A DNA stretch of 63,965 nucleotides, filler included, from Octopus bimaculoides (GCF_001194135.2; 5 parts of 5 records of this genome joined end to end with filler, not necessarily neighbours in it), one strand, 5' to 3'. Numbered from the whole stretch's first letter, positions 1 to 13,297 are shown. Translations and numbers: made by a program. Notes: generated by a model not told the origin, from the sequence alone.

Positions 1-33
<33 letters not shown>

Positions 34-71
34 CATATTTATATATACATATACGTGTATATATACATATA

Positions 72-108
<37 letters not shown>

Positions 109-202
109 TATAAATATCTATATATATATGCATATATATATACACACATATACACATATATATGAACTTTATTTGCTTAACTTTGATTCTTATTTCTACA
201 TT

Positions 203-237
<35 letters not shown>

Positions 238-240
238 CGT
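1..240. repeat. (TA)n/(TACA)n microsatellite tract, representative of dozens in the window
   Basis: Direct reading; similar tracts at 2346-2690, 19720-19990, 38990-39390, 42120-42327, 49205-49490, 58541-58941. Confidence 0.97.
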
Positions 241-644
241 ATATACATAATATCTATATACAAATGTTTGTGGTGTGGCGTGTCTGTATAAACTGATATG
301 TTTCCCTACATAATTTTCCGTGTGAATTATTAATATTCACCGGTGATGTTTTTTGCTGCATCTTAGACGAAGCTGACAAACAAATCACAATGGAGCAGCG
401 AAAAAATAGCGAAAAATTCGCTCTTACACTTTTGCTGCGTATACGTATATGTCTGCACTAAAACGTGAGGGAGTAAGTGTGTGGGTGTGTGGCTGTGTGT
501 GTAAGCACACTCGTGCATATACGTATATATGTTTAGTTTTTGTACACACGCACGCATATACACACGCATATACATAGATATAGTTATGTGTCCCTCTACT
601 TGTATGTGTTAAACTTATATGGTAATCTACATATTCCTTTAGTC

Positions 645-828
645 TTTTAGTTATTTCAATTATTTGACTGCGGCCATGCTGGAGCACCGCCTTTTAGTCG
701 AGCAAATCGACCCCAGGACTTATTTTCTGTCAGCCTAGTACTTATTCTATCGGTCCCTTGTGCAGAACCGTTAAGTTACGGGGACGAAAACACACCAACT
801 TCGGTTGTCAAGCAAAGATGAATTAGAT

Positions 829-835
<7 letters not shown>
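645..835 (-). mobile_element. SINE family B, body and 3' tail
   Basis: Contains TGACTGCGGCCATGCTGGAGCACCGCC, TCGACCCCAG, GTACTTATTCTATCGGT and GTTAAGTTACGGGGACG, which recur at 6700-6850, 15625-15800, 24070-24155, 31230-31400 and 37013-37200. Confidence 0.85.
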
Positions 836-863
<28 letters not shown>

Positions 864-1599
864 NNNNNNNNNNNNNNNNNNNNNNNNNNNNNNNNNNNNN
901 NNNNNNNNNNNNNNNNNNNNNNNNNNNNNNNNNNNNNNNNNNNNNNNNNNNNNNNNNNNNNNNNNNNNNNNNNNNNNNNNNNNNNNNNNNNNNNNNNNNN
1001 NNNNNNNNNNNNNNNNNNNNNNNNNNNNNNNNNNNNNNNNNNNNNNNNNNNNNNNNNNNNNNNNNNNNNNNNNNNNNNNNNNNNNNNNNNNNNNNNNNNN
1101 NNNNNNNNNNNNNNNNNNNNNNNNNNNNNNNNNNNNNNNNNNNNNNNNNNNNNNNNNNNNNNNNNNNNNNNNNNNNNNNNNNNNNNNNNNNNNNNNNNNN
1201 NNNNNNNNNNNNNNNNNNNNNNNNNNNNNNNNNNNNNNNNNNNNNNNNNNNNNNNNNNNNNNNNNNNNNNNNNNNNNNNNNNNNNNNNNNNNNNNNNNNN
1301 NNNNNNNNNNNNNNNNNNNNNNNNNNNNNNNNNNNNNNNNNNNNNNNNNNNNNNNNNNNNNNNNNNNNNNNNNNNNNNNNNNNNNNNNNNNNNNNNNNNN
1401 NNNNNNNNNNNNNNNNNNNNNNNNNNNNNNNNNNNNNNNNNNNNNNNNNNNNNNNNNNNNNNNNNNNNNNNNNNNNNNNNNNNNNNNNNNNNNNNNNNNN
1501 NNNNNNNNNNNNNNACACACACACACACACACACACACACTAGCATATATATATATATATATATATACACGTCCGCCACCCATTTCAGGATCACATCAC

Positions 1600-1765
1600 A
1601 CAAATACACTGGAACAGAATTTCTTTGCTTCAACAAAAGAGGAAAAGGATCCCATCCCCTTTAAATGGAATTTGGACAAATTTCTTCAATGAATCCCAGA
1701 TGAGCCACCTATACCTGTGTACAACTCACTCAGCAAGAATTTCTTACTCGAATGGACCATGATAC
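1600..1765 (+). mobile_element. CR1/L2-like LINE, decayed ORF2 C-terminus
   Basis: Reads FKWNLDKFLQ*IPDEPPIPVYNSLSKNFLLEW, matching the typical FKxxLDKFLxxIPDEP...NSLL end of CR1-group ORF2. Confidence 0.7.
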
Positions 1766-2159
1766 CAGAAAACTTGACTTAGAAAGGATTTAGCCAATCC
1801 TATCAGGCGGTGCTATTAAGTTAGACATGGCCTGGATCAACCATTGGTCGAAACATATCTAAGTTATGTGTGTGTGTGTGTGTGTGTGTAATTATTTAAG
1901 TTAGCCGATGATTCCTGCCCAGCGGCTTAAACCTACGGTAACTAGCAACATGCAGTATTAAAACCGAGCGAAGCAGGGTATATTTAACTGGATCATTTGT
2001 TATAACATCACCTGACGAGACACTTCCGCGCTGAGAGTGGGTCTTAGTCGAGCAGGTTGACCCCAGGACAATTTTAAGACTGGTAGTCATTTTATCCCGA
2101 AGTTACAGGGATGTACAAAAGGGAAAAGTAACCATTTTCGAGATAAACACTGGCACAAA

Positions 2160-2342
2160 GACACACACACAAACACTTATACGCCGGGCTTCTACACAGT
2201 TTCCGTCAACCAAATTCATTCTTCACAAGGTCTTGGTCGGCCCAAGGCTCTAGAAGAAGGCTCTGATCCAAGAAGCTACACACTTGAACCCGAAATCACA
2301 GGGTTGCAAAGCAAACTTCTTAACCATAGACATTTCAGCGCC
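2160..2342 (-). mobile_element. SINE family B, tRNA-derived head
   Basis: Reverse complement gives head ...GGTTAAGAAGTTTGC...GGGTTCAAGTG...CTTCTTCTAGAGCCTTGGGCCGACCAAGACCTTGTGA...TTTGGTTGACGGAAACTG; homologous to 11740-11910, 16647-16805 and 60060-60225. Confidence 0.75.
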
Positions 2343-2374
2343 TATATGTATGTATATGTATATATATATGCGTG

Positions 2375-2461
<87 letters not shown>

Positions 2462-3373
2462 GCATATATATATACATATACATACATATATGTATATATA
2501 TATATTATATGTATATGTGTGTGCATATATATATGTATATACATTTATATATATATATTATATATATGTATATGTGTGTGCATATATATATATGTATATA
2601 TATTCAAATATATATCTATATACATGTAGACATAAACACACACACATATATATATTTGTCGTGTATGTGTGTGTGTGTGTGTGTGTGTTGTATCGGAATG
2701 TTTAACAGGTTCCAGACTAATACCAAATCATTATCAAAGTCTTGTAGAGAACCAGTATCCAAGTTGGAATATGTCAGCGAATTATGAAAAATAGTTCGCT
2801 TCTTTTTCTTGTCTTTTTCCAGAATATTCCTCCACACACACACACACACACATTTACAAACGCATACATATATGCACGCGTGACTATATACATGGACGGC
2901 AGTATGCAACATCACCCTATGTATGTATTTATGTATGCGTGTGGATAGGTGGGCGCGCGCAACAGCAATTATTCTCCTAGTCGCCACGGGCTTTACAACT
3001 TGTTTGACAAATTGGTAACAAGATGCATTTGTTTTTCGTTCTTTGAACATTAATGTACCTGAATATATATACATATATATACATATATACATATATATAT
3101 ATATATNNNNNNNNNNNNNNNNNNNNNNNNNNNNNNNNNNNNNNNNNNNNNNNNNNNNNNNNNNNNNNNNNNNNNNNNNNNNNNNNNNNNNNNNNNNNNN
3201 NNNNNNNNNNNNNNNNNNNNNNNNNNNNNNNNNNNNNNNNNNNNNNNNNNNNNNNNNNNNNNNNNNNNNNNNNNNNNNNNNNNNNNNNNNNNNNNNNNNN
3301 NNNNNGTATATATATATAGACATTATATGCAAAAATACACATATTGATATACATATATATGTATGATTGTGTG

Positions 3374-3428
<55 letters not shown>

Positions 3429-3840
3429 ACGTAGACACCATGTTGTTGTGTATGAGCAAGTTTCTATATTTCGCCATCTGTCCAACGCGTTGGTGTCTGC
3501 GATATATCGAGAACTGGAAACGCCAAAAGGTTTATAGTTTATAGATTACAAACGCACATCCACACGTTAACCTCCGACCCACCCCTTCCCACGCCCCCTT
3601 ATATATGTGTGTGTGTGAAGAAGCGTGGCTTGGTGGTTACAGTGTTGGACTCATGACAATAAGATTGTGGTTTCGATTCTCAGACCGGCCAACACAGTCT
3701 TTCATTTCAAGTTGCTCGGCATTCGAAAGCTACAACACAGCGAGGAAGCGTATTGTGATCAGTGGTGTATAACAACATCCGAATCAACTGATAATACCGT
3801 GATATGTATGTACACACACACACACAGACACACACACACT

Positions 3841-3890
<50 letters not shown>

Positions 3891-4289
3891 NNNNNNNNNN
3901 NNNNNNNNNNNNNNNNNNNNNNNNNNNNNNNNNNNNNNNNNNNNNNNNNNNNNNNNNNNNNNNNNNNNNNNNNNNNNNNNNNNNNNNNNNNNNNNNNNNN
4001 NNNNNNNNNNNNNNNNNNNNNNNNNNNNNNNNNNNNNNNNNNNNNNNNNNNNNNNNNNNNNNNNNNNNNNNNNNNNNNNNNNNNNNNNNNNNNNNNNNNN
4101 NNNNNNNNNNNNNNNNNNNNNNNNNNNNNNNNNNNNNNNNNNNNNNNNNNNNNNNNNNNNNNNNNNNNNNNNNNNNNNNNNNNNNNNNNNNNNNNNNNNN
4201 NNNNNNNNNNNNNNNNNNNNNNNNNNNNNNNNNNNNNNNNNNNNNNNNNNNNNNNNNNNNNNNNNNNNNNNNNNNNNNNNNNNNNNNNN

Positions 4290-4333
<44 letters not shown>

Positions 4334-5044
4334 GTTGGGGTGGGGGTGTATATATATATGTATGCATATATATACATACACATATAAATATGCTCATATG
4401 TGTGTGTGTGTGTGTATTTACACATACAGACGTGTGTGTACGCATTTAGACATATATATTTATTTACTTATGTGTATATTCTTTGATTCTCTTACGCAGT
4501 TCAGCCCACAGGTTACGACCAAGCTGGAGCACCGCCAGTGTTTATCACCTTTTCAATGGTCATTCTTATGCGATTAGCTTTTCGTGACATTGCTGCCCTC
4601 TTCGGTTTCTTGCCGTGATATTGGTTCCTCTGGGACCGTTGTGGAGTGAACTGACTGCCCCCCCCCACCCGCACATAACTGTCAATGGACTGGACGACAA
4701 GTCGTCTAAGTAGATGGGGCAGTAGGCGGTTGAGGTGGAACTGTGAGAGCGTTAGTCTCGTTACTGGTCCTGCGTTGGAGTATCGGATTGTTATTGAGCG
4801 AATGGTTATAATAAAGTACTACGGCACTCCATCCCCTGCTGGAGCCTCGTGGAGCTTTAAGTGTTTTCGCTCAAACACTCGCAAAGCCCGGTCTGGGAAT
4901 CGAAACCGCGATCCTATGACCGCGTGCCCACTGTCCTACACTATAATAAAATAACAAACTCTTGTTACATTGCTTGTTGTTATATGGTTATATTTGGTAT
5001 TTCGATATAATGCTACACACACACACACACACACACACATCATA

Positions 5045-5235
5045 TATCGCCATTGACGATATGACAAGGACCTTGGACAGCAAGAGGTCCAAGTTTTATC
5101 TTGAAAACATCTGACCCTATTCCTAAAGGACTTTCAGATGTTTTAGCGCAATATCAAATAGCTGTGGGCCTTTCAATTGCGATACATGGTCTTCACTCGA
5201 GAGGGAATGGCTGAGATCTTTTGACCAGTGCAGTG
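5045..5235 (-). mobile_element. CR1/L2-like LINE, decayed ORF2 C-terminus
   Basis: Minus-strand pieces IPSRVKTMYRN, KGPQLFDIALKHL and SDVFKIKL resemble the GPxLFNxLPKxxR...DVFKxKLD motif. Confidence 0.6.
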
Positions 5236-5296
5236 GCGTCCAGTCCGGGGGGTGGGGCTGATATAACTTTCGATACTAAAGTATGTGTGTGTGTGT

Positions 5297-5335
<39 letters not shown>

Positions 5336-6924
5336 NNNNNNNNNNNNNNNNNNNNNNNNNNNNNNNNNNNNNNNNNNNNNNNNNNNNNNNNNNNNNNNNN
5401 NNNNNNNNNNNNNNNNNNNNNNNNNNNNNNNNNNNNNNNNNNNNNNNNNNNNNNNNNNNNNNNNNNNNNNNNNNNNNNNNNNNNNNNNNNNNNNNNNNNN
5501 NNNNNNNNNNNNNNNNNNNNNNNNNNNNNNNNNNNNNNNNNNNNNNNNNNNNNNNNNNNNNNNNNNNNNNNNNNNNNNNNNNNNNNNNNNNNNNNNNNNN
5601 NNNNNNNNNNNNNNNNNNNNNNNNNNNNNNNNNNNNNNNNNNNNNNNNNNNNNNNNNNNNNNNNNNNNNNNNNNNNNNNNNNNNNNNNNNNNNNNNNNNN
5701 NNNNNNNNNNNNNNNNNNNNNNNNNNNNNNNNNNNNNNNNNNNNNNNNNNNNNNNNNNNNNNNNNNNNNNNNNNNNNNNNNNNNNNNNNNNNNNNNNNNN
5801 NNNNNNNNNNNNNNNNNNNNNNNNNNNNNNNNNNNNNNNNNNNNNNNNNNNNNNNNNNNNNNNNNNNNNNNNNNNNNNNNNNNNNNNNNNNNNNNNNNNN
5901 NNNNNNNNNNNNNNNNNNNNNNNNNNNNNNNNNNNNNNNNNNNNNNNNNNNNNNNNNNNNNNNNNNNNNNNNNNNNNNNNNNNNNNNNNNNNNNNNNNNN
6001 NNNNNNNNNNNNNNNNNNNNNNNNNNNNNNNNNNNNNNNNNNNNNNNNNNNNNNNNNNNNNNNNNNNNNNNNNNNNNNNNNNNNNNNNNNNNNNNNNNNN
6101 NNNNNNNNNNNNNNNNNNNNNNNNNNNNNNNNNNNNNNNNNNNNNNNNNNNNNNNNNNNNNNNNNNNNNNNNNNNNNNNNNNNNNNNNNNNNNNNNNNNN
6201 NNNNNNNNNNNNNNNNNNNNNNNNNNNNNNNNNNNNNNNNNNNNNNNNNNNNNNNNNNNNNNNNNNNNNNNNNNNNNNNNNNNNNNNNNNNNNNNNNNNT
6301 ATATATATATATATATATATATATATCAAACACAGGTCGGCTATGTAGATATACATACATACATACATAGACCTCATTAAATATAGATATATTACAGAAG
6401 ACAGTTGCCGAACAGTTTTTCTCTTATATGTAATACCCTATAAATCATGTATAACATGTTGTACATATATAATTTCTATTATTTACACGTTAAACACGGG
6501 TGTATTTTCACGTATACATAGATAGGCATACACACGCATACATACATGCATTCGCTTCAACGCGTAGAATATATAAACATGCGTATATTCCGTACACACG
6601 TATACGAACCAGCGAAGAAGCCTCTATGTGGTCACTGGAACTGCTAGAAATAACTGCTAACTCGCTTTCAAGATCATCCTTCACTTTCTTCATATGCTTG
6701 GTTCAGTCATTGGACTCCGGCCATGCTGTTGTACCACAAATTGACCCCAGTTCTAATTTTTTAGTTTCAAGTCTGCTACTTATTCTATCGATGTCTTTTG
6801 CCAAACCGCTACGTTACGGAGACTGAAAACAAACCTATACCGGCCGTCAAGTGATGGCGGGGCGTGGGGATGGAGGGGTTGATAAACTCAAATACAAAGA
6901 CACATACATACATCTATTCACATA

Positions 6925-7193
6925 GAATGGCCGAGTGGTAAGAAGCATCCTTCCCACCTACACGATTCGGGTTCAGTCCCACTGCGTGGAACCTCGGCAC
7001 TTCTACTTTAGCCCCGAGCTACCCATGGCTATACATGTGTGTGTGTGTGTGTGTTTGGGTTTCTATTTGTGTCACCATCGTGTGAAAACCGGGGCTGGTT
7101 TCTTTACATCCCCTCTAACCTAGTGATTTGCAAAACGTAATCAAGAGAATAAATGTTAGGCTTTAAAAGAATCTTAAGTCCTGAGAATAGATT
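6925..7193 (+). mobile_element. SINE family B copy interrupted at its 3' end by the Tc1 element
   Basis: A-box-like TGGCCGAGTGG, B-box-like GGTTCAGTCCC, internal (TG)n, and a body that stops at the Tc1 terminal repeat. Confidence 0.7.
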
Positions 7194-8127
7194 CAGGGGT
7201 TGAACAAAATAAGGGAAACACTTTAGAATTTCAAGCAAATTTATTTTAATAAGGGGTAGGACCACCTTGGCAGTAATTACAGCTTGAATTCTACGAGGTA
7301 TGGACTCGTACAAAGTTTGAATTGTTTCCAAAGGAATTTTTGTCCATTCTTCAGCTAAAACAGTCTCCAGTTCTTGTAGAGATGATGGTGGAGGATATCG
7401 ACTCCTTTCTTGTTTTTCCAAAATGCACCATAAATGTTCAATAATATTGAGATCTGGGGAGTGTGGTGGCCAGATAAGATGTTCAACTTCTCTAGAATGT
7501 TCCTCGTGCCATTCAGTAACAACTTTAGCTGTGTGAATTGGTGCATTATCATCCTGAAAGATTGTGTTTCCCTCTGGAAACAGTTCCGCAACCAACAGAT
7601 AAAATGCTTAAATAGTCTTCACTATTAATTCTGCCATGAAGGAAAACCATTGGGCTGGTGGATTTCCAAGATATAGCCCCTCCCCCAGATCATCATAGAT
7701 CTTCCTCCATGTTTAACAGTTAGAAGAAGGCAGTCTGGGTCAAATGCTTCTTTTGGCTGTCTCCACACATATACTCAGCCAGTGGTTGGAAATAAGGTAA
7801 AGAATGACTCATCCGAGAAAATAACATTCTTCCACTGCTCTAGGGACCAATTCTGTAGGTTTTTACTCCAATCTAAATGCTTTAAAATGTTTAATTTTGA
7901 AAGTAGTGGTTTTCTGATTGCAACCCTCCCATGAAATCCAGCTTTGTGCAGCTCCCGGCAAACAGTTTTTGTGGAAACTGGGTTCTCAAGGTGGTCTTTA
8001 AGCTTTGCAGTAATTTTGGGAGCTGCACTTTTGTGATCCTTTCTAACAATTCGCGTAAGAGACCAACTGTCCTTATCTGAAAGTTTTGGTTTTCTTCCGG
8101 AGTTTTGTTTCGGCGAGGAGGTTTTTC
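7194..8127 (-). mobile_element. Tc1-like DNA transposon, 5'-truncated, transposase pseudogene with DD36E spacing
   Basis: KTSSPKQNSGRKPKLS...RKPLLSK...WKNVIFSDES (first D), FQDDNAPIHT (second D), WPPHSPDLNIIEHLW (E). In-frame TGA at 7775-7777, frameshift in the poly-G near 7680, small deletion near 7600. One terminal repeat CAGGGGTTGAACAAAATAAGGGAAACAC starts at 7194. Confidence 0.95.
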
Positions 8128-9230
8128 TAACCCCATTCGTGTCCAGAGGGCAGTTGATTTCCGAAACTAACATCTATTCTTTGTGGTTCTACACAACAAT
8201 CTCTGACCAGTCTTATGTTAACTTGACGACTGTTTTAATTTTAAATTTCCATGTATGTATGGAATACACATACATATGAACGTATATTTGTACGCATGTA
8301 TTATATCTAAGTCCGAAAAAGCGGTCAACTGCCCTGATCGTTTGCAAGTCGTACGAAATTCTTAGCGGTATTTTTTTCGACTCTTTACATTCTCAGTTCG
8401 AAATCCACCAAGCACATTTTTGCCTTTCATCCTTTAGGGGTCGTTAAAATTAGTACCAGTTGCGCCCTCAGAATCGCTGGCCTTGAGCCATAATTATAAA
8501 AAAGAAAAGAACATTTAAATACTTAACTAAGGCTCCCATTCGATAACCAGTATAAGAGTACCGCAGACGTTTTAATATGGGGGGGGGGNNNNNNNNNNNN
8601 NNNNNNNNNNNNNNNNNNNNNNNNNNNNNNNNNNNNNNNNNNNNNNNNNNNNNNNNNNNNNNNNNNNNNNNNNNNNNNNNNNNNNNNNNNNNNNNNNNNN
8701 NNNNNNNNNNNNNNNNNNNNNNNNNNNNNNNNNNNNNNNNNNNNNNNNNNNNNNNNNNNNNNNNNNNNNNNNNNNNNNNNNNNNNNNNNNNNNNNNNNNN
8801 NNNNNNNNNNNNNNNNNNNNNNNNNNNNNNNNNNNNNNNNNNNNNNNNNNNNNNNNNNNNNNNNNNNNNNNNNNNNNNNNNNNNNNNNNNNNNNNNNNNN
8901 NNNNNNNNNNNNNNNNNNNNNNNNNNNNNNNNNNNNNNNNNNNNNNNNNNNNNNNNNNNNNNNNNNNNNNNNNNNNNNNNNNNNNNNNNNNNNNNNNNNN
9001 NNNNNNNNNNNNNNNNNNNNNNNNNNNNNNNNNNNNNNNNNNNNNNNNNNNNNNNNNNNNNNNNNNNNNNNNNNNNNNNNNNNNNNNNNNNNNNNNNNNN
9101 NNNNNNNNNNNNNNNNNNNNNNNNNNNNNNNNNNNNNNNNNNNNNNNNNNNNNNNNNNNNNNNNNNNNNNNNNNNNNNNNNNNNNNNNNNNNNNNNNNNN
9201 NNNNNNNNNNNNNNNNTCTTTTTTTCTCTA

Positions 9231-9330
9231 GCCGCCATCTTGTGATGAGCTGTAAACCGTTTACTGACACAGGCCACCGCCGCCCCGATCGACCTCCTCG
9301 CCTCTCGGCCCACCTCTGCTTACACATGCC
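9231..9330 (-). promoter_or_regulatory. Possible promoter/5' UTR and translation start (AAGATGGCGGC, YY1-like) of an unidentified gene
   Basis: Locally GC/CpG-rich unique sequence with GGGGCGGCGG; ATG at 9238 reads MAAREKK before entering the N gap at 9216. Confidence 0.35.
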
Positions 9331-9539
9331 ACGCCATTAAACCTCACCGATATACTATCGTCTGCTCGCTTCCATTTATAATATCCAGCAGTGAATGATC
9401 AATATTACGTGTTATTAGCCACTTGGTTGGTTCGCTGGTTGATTTTGTCGTCTGCTTCACTGGTTCCGATCGATCGATGATTGAGATGAATGAATGAAAA
9501 GGTGAATAGATAGATAGATGGCTGAAAGAACAAATTGAT

Positions 9540-9572
<33 letters not shown>

Positions 9573-9869
9573 GTGATGACGGTGATGGTAATAATAATAA
9601 TAATAACGTGTTTAATCACAGGCACAAGATCACCCTTTCATAGACGAGAAGAAGCCATTTATTCTATTAAATCGAGATTAAATCTGGCTCTCGACTCAGA
9701 TGCCACTCACGGCACTTTATCAGTAATAATGATAATAATAATCATCTTTTCTACTAACGGCTCAGGTACTGCGCACTTTTTAAGGAAAGTATTATCTGTC
9801 TGGGCTCCTTGTGACTTGACAGATGACAAAACACTCCGATGATTTTTCCATCCACACTGTGTGCTGTTT

Positions 9870-9985
9870 ATCTTGAAACGAGATCGCTATGGCTGTGTTG
9901 CATGTGCTTGGTGTACCCTTATCAGGCGGGTGCATTGGGTTTCGTATATTTCTACCCCAGTGCCATCTTCATGACATGCGCTTGG
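9870..9985 (+). mobile_element. Partial copy of an unclassified interspersed repeat (see 10250-10826)
   Basis: TGCATGTGCTTGGTGTACCCTTATCAGGCGGGT...TTCGTATATTTCTACCCCAG aligns with 10640-10780. Confidence 0.6.
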
Positions 9986-10064
9986 ATAATCGAGGAACCC
10001 TACTGTCCGAGAATTCCCTGAAACCCCAAGAGCAAGAGCCCTCTCCAATTCCTTCTCTCCGACT

Positions 10065-10265
10065 CACAGGTCTACGCTTAGAGAGGTACCATCCACTCTT
10101 TGCCATTTTCGCAGCTTTCACCCACCTTTCAATAAACTCACTCGAGGAAGACAGCATTTCCCTCTCCACTCTCAGTTCCCTTTTCAAGTGAAACTTGAAG
10201 GCGTCAATGAGAGCTTTACCAAAGACAAATGTATCTGTCCTCATGCCTTTCAGCTTCTGGTTTAG
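10065..10265 (-). mobile_element. Tx1/L1-like LINE, ORF2 C-terminal fragment
   Basis: GMRTDTFVFGKALIDAFKFHLKRELRVEREMLSSSEFIERWVKAAKMA is homologous to the ORF at 48802-49026. Confidence 0.65.
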
Positions 10266-10790
10266 TACCAGGCAGTGGCTCTCATAGCTTCTGATCTTAA
10301 CTAATTGGAAGTGTTATCATGTGACATGTTCTGTCTTACAGCAAATATTCTGCTCAGTACCACATATTTGCTTGTCAGTTGTTTGACCTTAACCAGTTGA
10401 AAGTGTTCCTTAGTGGCTGACGATATGTGCATCTCTGATCACGAGCAGAAATTGTGGAGGAGTATCATAACCGTGTGTTGAGAGGAATTCTTTGGGGTTT
10501 GGATAATTCACCTTTGGAAACGTAGGTGTTTCGTTCAATATCCTTGAGCAATCCTTATTCAGGGACCTTTTGAGCGGGATGGGCTACTCGACCTGAAGCA
10601 AATTCTAACTAGGCCCCACCTGCGAGGTCATGCGCTGTTTATCTTGATATGAGATCACCCTGTCGCGCACATATGGTTGTGATGCATGTGCCTGGTGTAC
10701 CCTTATCAGACGGGTAGTCATGATGGGTATAATGGGCTTCGTATGTTTTACCCCAGGGTCACTTTGATGGCATGCACTGCTCTCTCACTC

Positions 10791-10826
<36 letters not shown>
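10250..10826 (+). mobile_element. Unclassified non-coding interspersed repeat ending in (AAT)n
   Basis: Second related copy at 9870-9985; ends CACTGCTCTCTCACTC followed by (AAT)n; no open frame. Confidence 0.55.
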
Positions 10827-10827
<1 letters not shown>

Positions 10828-13088
10828 GTTTAAAATTTTTATCACAAAGCCATAAATTTGTGAGGAGAAAGGGTTTAGTTGATTACATTGACCCCCATCC
10901 CCCTCACCCCACCCAGGTTTTGACTGGTACTTATGTTATCGATCACGGAGGTTGAAAAGCAAATTTGACCTTGTCGAGAATTGATCTCAGAATATAAAGA
11001 GCCGGAGAAATTGCTGAAACTAAATCACACGGCTATGTGGTGGTGGTGGTGGCGGCGATGATACTGGTGGGGTGGCCGTAACGGGGCCCGCTGCTACATA
11101 AAGGGTGACCCCAAATTGTCGTCTCTCAACCTGGAAAAAATAACGACCAAATTTCCTTCAAATCACACCTTACTGTCTTGAAACAACAGAAGGACATCCA
11201 AGTTAACGGAAGTCGTTTATACACAAAAGACGAGGTGGGCACGGTTGGAACAATTTTGATTATAGGCCTGCTGGATTAGGACTGACGTAGAGCTGGACAA
11301 CAACAACGAGAAGAATAATGATACATCATTCACTCCCACCTTTAAGCTTACCTCCACTCCCACCAGGACCACCATCATCACCATCACTATGATCACCACC
11401 ACCACAACACCACTAACACTACCACCATCACCACCACCGCCACCACCACCTCACGGTCATGTGGTAGAGTCACTGTTTATTTGTATGTCAAGCTGTTATA
11501 GTTTCAAATCTTACCTCACCATCTGTTGTGGCTGCAGGAGAACATCTCTGCATACAAGATAAGCATCTCATCTCTACTACTTACATACACATTCATGGAA
11601 ATAGCCCATACACACTGTGTGTGTGTGTGTATATATATNNNNNNNNNNATATATATATATATACACACACACAATGTATGGGCTATTTATATATATATAC
11701 ATGATTACATACGTTTCAAAGCCTATGAGTGCGACTGTGTACCTATCCCCCCCACACATATGTATATATATTGGTTTCTTTGAGTTTCCATCTACCAAAT
11801 CCACTCACAAGGCTTAGTAGAAGACATTTGCCCAAGGTGCCAAGCAGCAGAACTGAACCCGGAACCATGTGGTTGGGAAGCAGGTTACTTACCACACACC
11901 CACACCTGCGCCCATGTGTGTGTGTCTTTGTATATATACAAACACACACACACACACACACACACGTGTGTGTATAATACTATATATAGATAAATACAAA
12001 TATATAATTGCCATGTACAGGTCCCCTTCATTGCCTTCATACGTAATACACTAAGATTCCATTTGAAGGAGATTTGGCTGCTATTTCAAACGTAAAGACG
12101 AGCGTAATATTCCGGTGAGCATTTTGCCCGGTGTGCTCACGTTTGGGCCAGCTCAACAACAACCTCCCTGGCGACTCCAATCTCCGTGGACTACAAAAAA
12201 AATAACCTCGATGGGTGAAGCCCATGTCCTACGGAAAGCACTCTCCATCTAAAATGGAATAAACGTGGGGATAGTTTTAGCATGCATGGCAAAGGCAAAA
12301 GTGCCATTGCTCGTCTTGGCCTCCGGAGGATGCTTGGTTCTAAGGCAGCTGAAATCAAGTTATAAGGAAAGGAAACCATAAATGATAATAATAATAATAA
12401 TAATAATAAGAGAAGAGAAAAAAGAAAATAATAATAATATGATAATTCTTTCAAATTTTGGCAAAGAGCCAGTAAATGTTGTTGATGATGATGATGATGA
12501 TGGCCGTGGTGATGTTCGTGGTGAATATGATCATGATGGGGTGGGGTGAGGGAAGTGTTACGACGGAATGGAAACAATAAAGATGATGACAATTGTTATA
12601 AAAATGATAATAATAACAATAATAATGGGGAGGAGGAAGAGGAGGACAATAGGTGAAGAAGAACGGTTGCAACAACAACAACAACAACAACAGCAGCAGC
12701 GGTGATGATAGATCACAATAAGCGAAGACCGAATGGCAGCGGCCCCTGACAAAAGGGAGGGGACAATAGAAAGGTTGACGATAGGAGGAACACAAGAATG
12801 AAGGAGGAGACGGTTGTGGGGTGGGGGATAAGGTNNNNNNNNNNNNNNNNNNNNNNNNNNNNNNNNNNNNNNNNNNGGGGGTGAACGATTGGGTGGGGTA
12901 GGGTTAGGGAAGTGTTACGACGGAATGGAAACAATAAAGAAAATATTTACAAAATTGCATAATTGCATTATAAATGGACAAATAAAAACGTAATTAAAAT
13001 TATAATGAAAATAGCAAGAATTACTACTACCACCACCACCACCACCACCACTACTACTTCTACTACTACTACTACCACTACTACTACT

Positions 13089-13297
13089 GAGCTGGCAGAA
13101 TCGTTAGATCGCTGGACGAAATGCTTGGCGATATTGCGTCCATCTTTACGTTTTGTGTTCAAATTCTGCGGCGGTCGACTTCGCTTTCATTCGTTCCGAG
13201 TCGATAAATTAAGTACCAGTAAAGCATTTGGGGTCGATGTAATCGACTGGTCCCCTCCCCCAAAATTCCAGGCCTTGTGCCTATAGTAGAAAGGATT
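13089..13297 (+). mobile_element. SINE family A (tRNA-derived head, Meta-like central domain), tail type i
   Basis: GAGCTGGCAGAATCGTTAG head, GTTCAAATT B-box, GTCGATAAATTAAGTACCAG core, tail CCCTCCCCAAAATTCCAGGCCTTGTGCCTATAGTAGAAAGGATT then (ATT)n. Confidence 0.9.

Noticed and set aside
771-6380. Long ORFs of 200-400 aa in the track (also 8468-9327, 28767-30023, 56432-57550, 58771-59592)
   Set aside because: They are N gaps translated as X plus dinucleotide repeats (YI, CV, HT runs); no coding evidence
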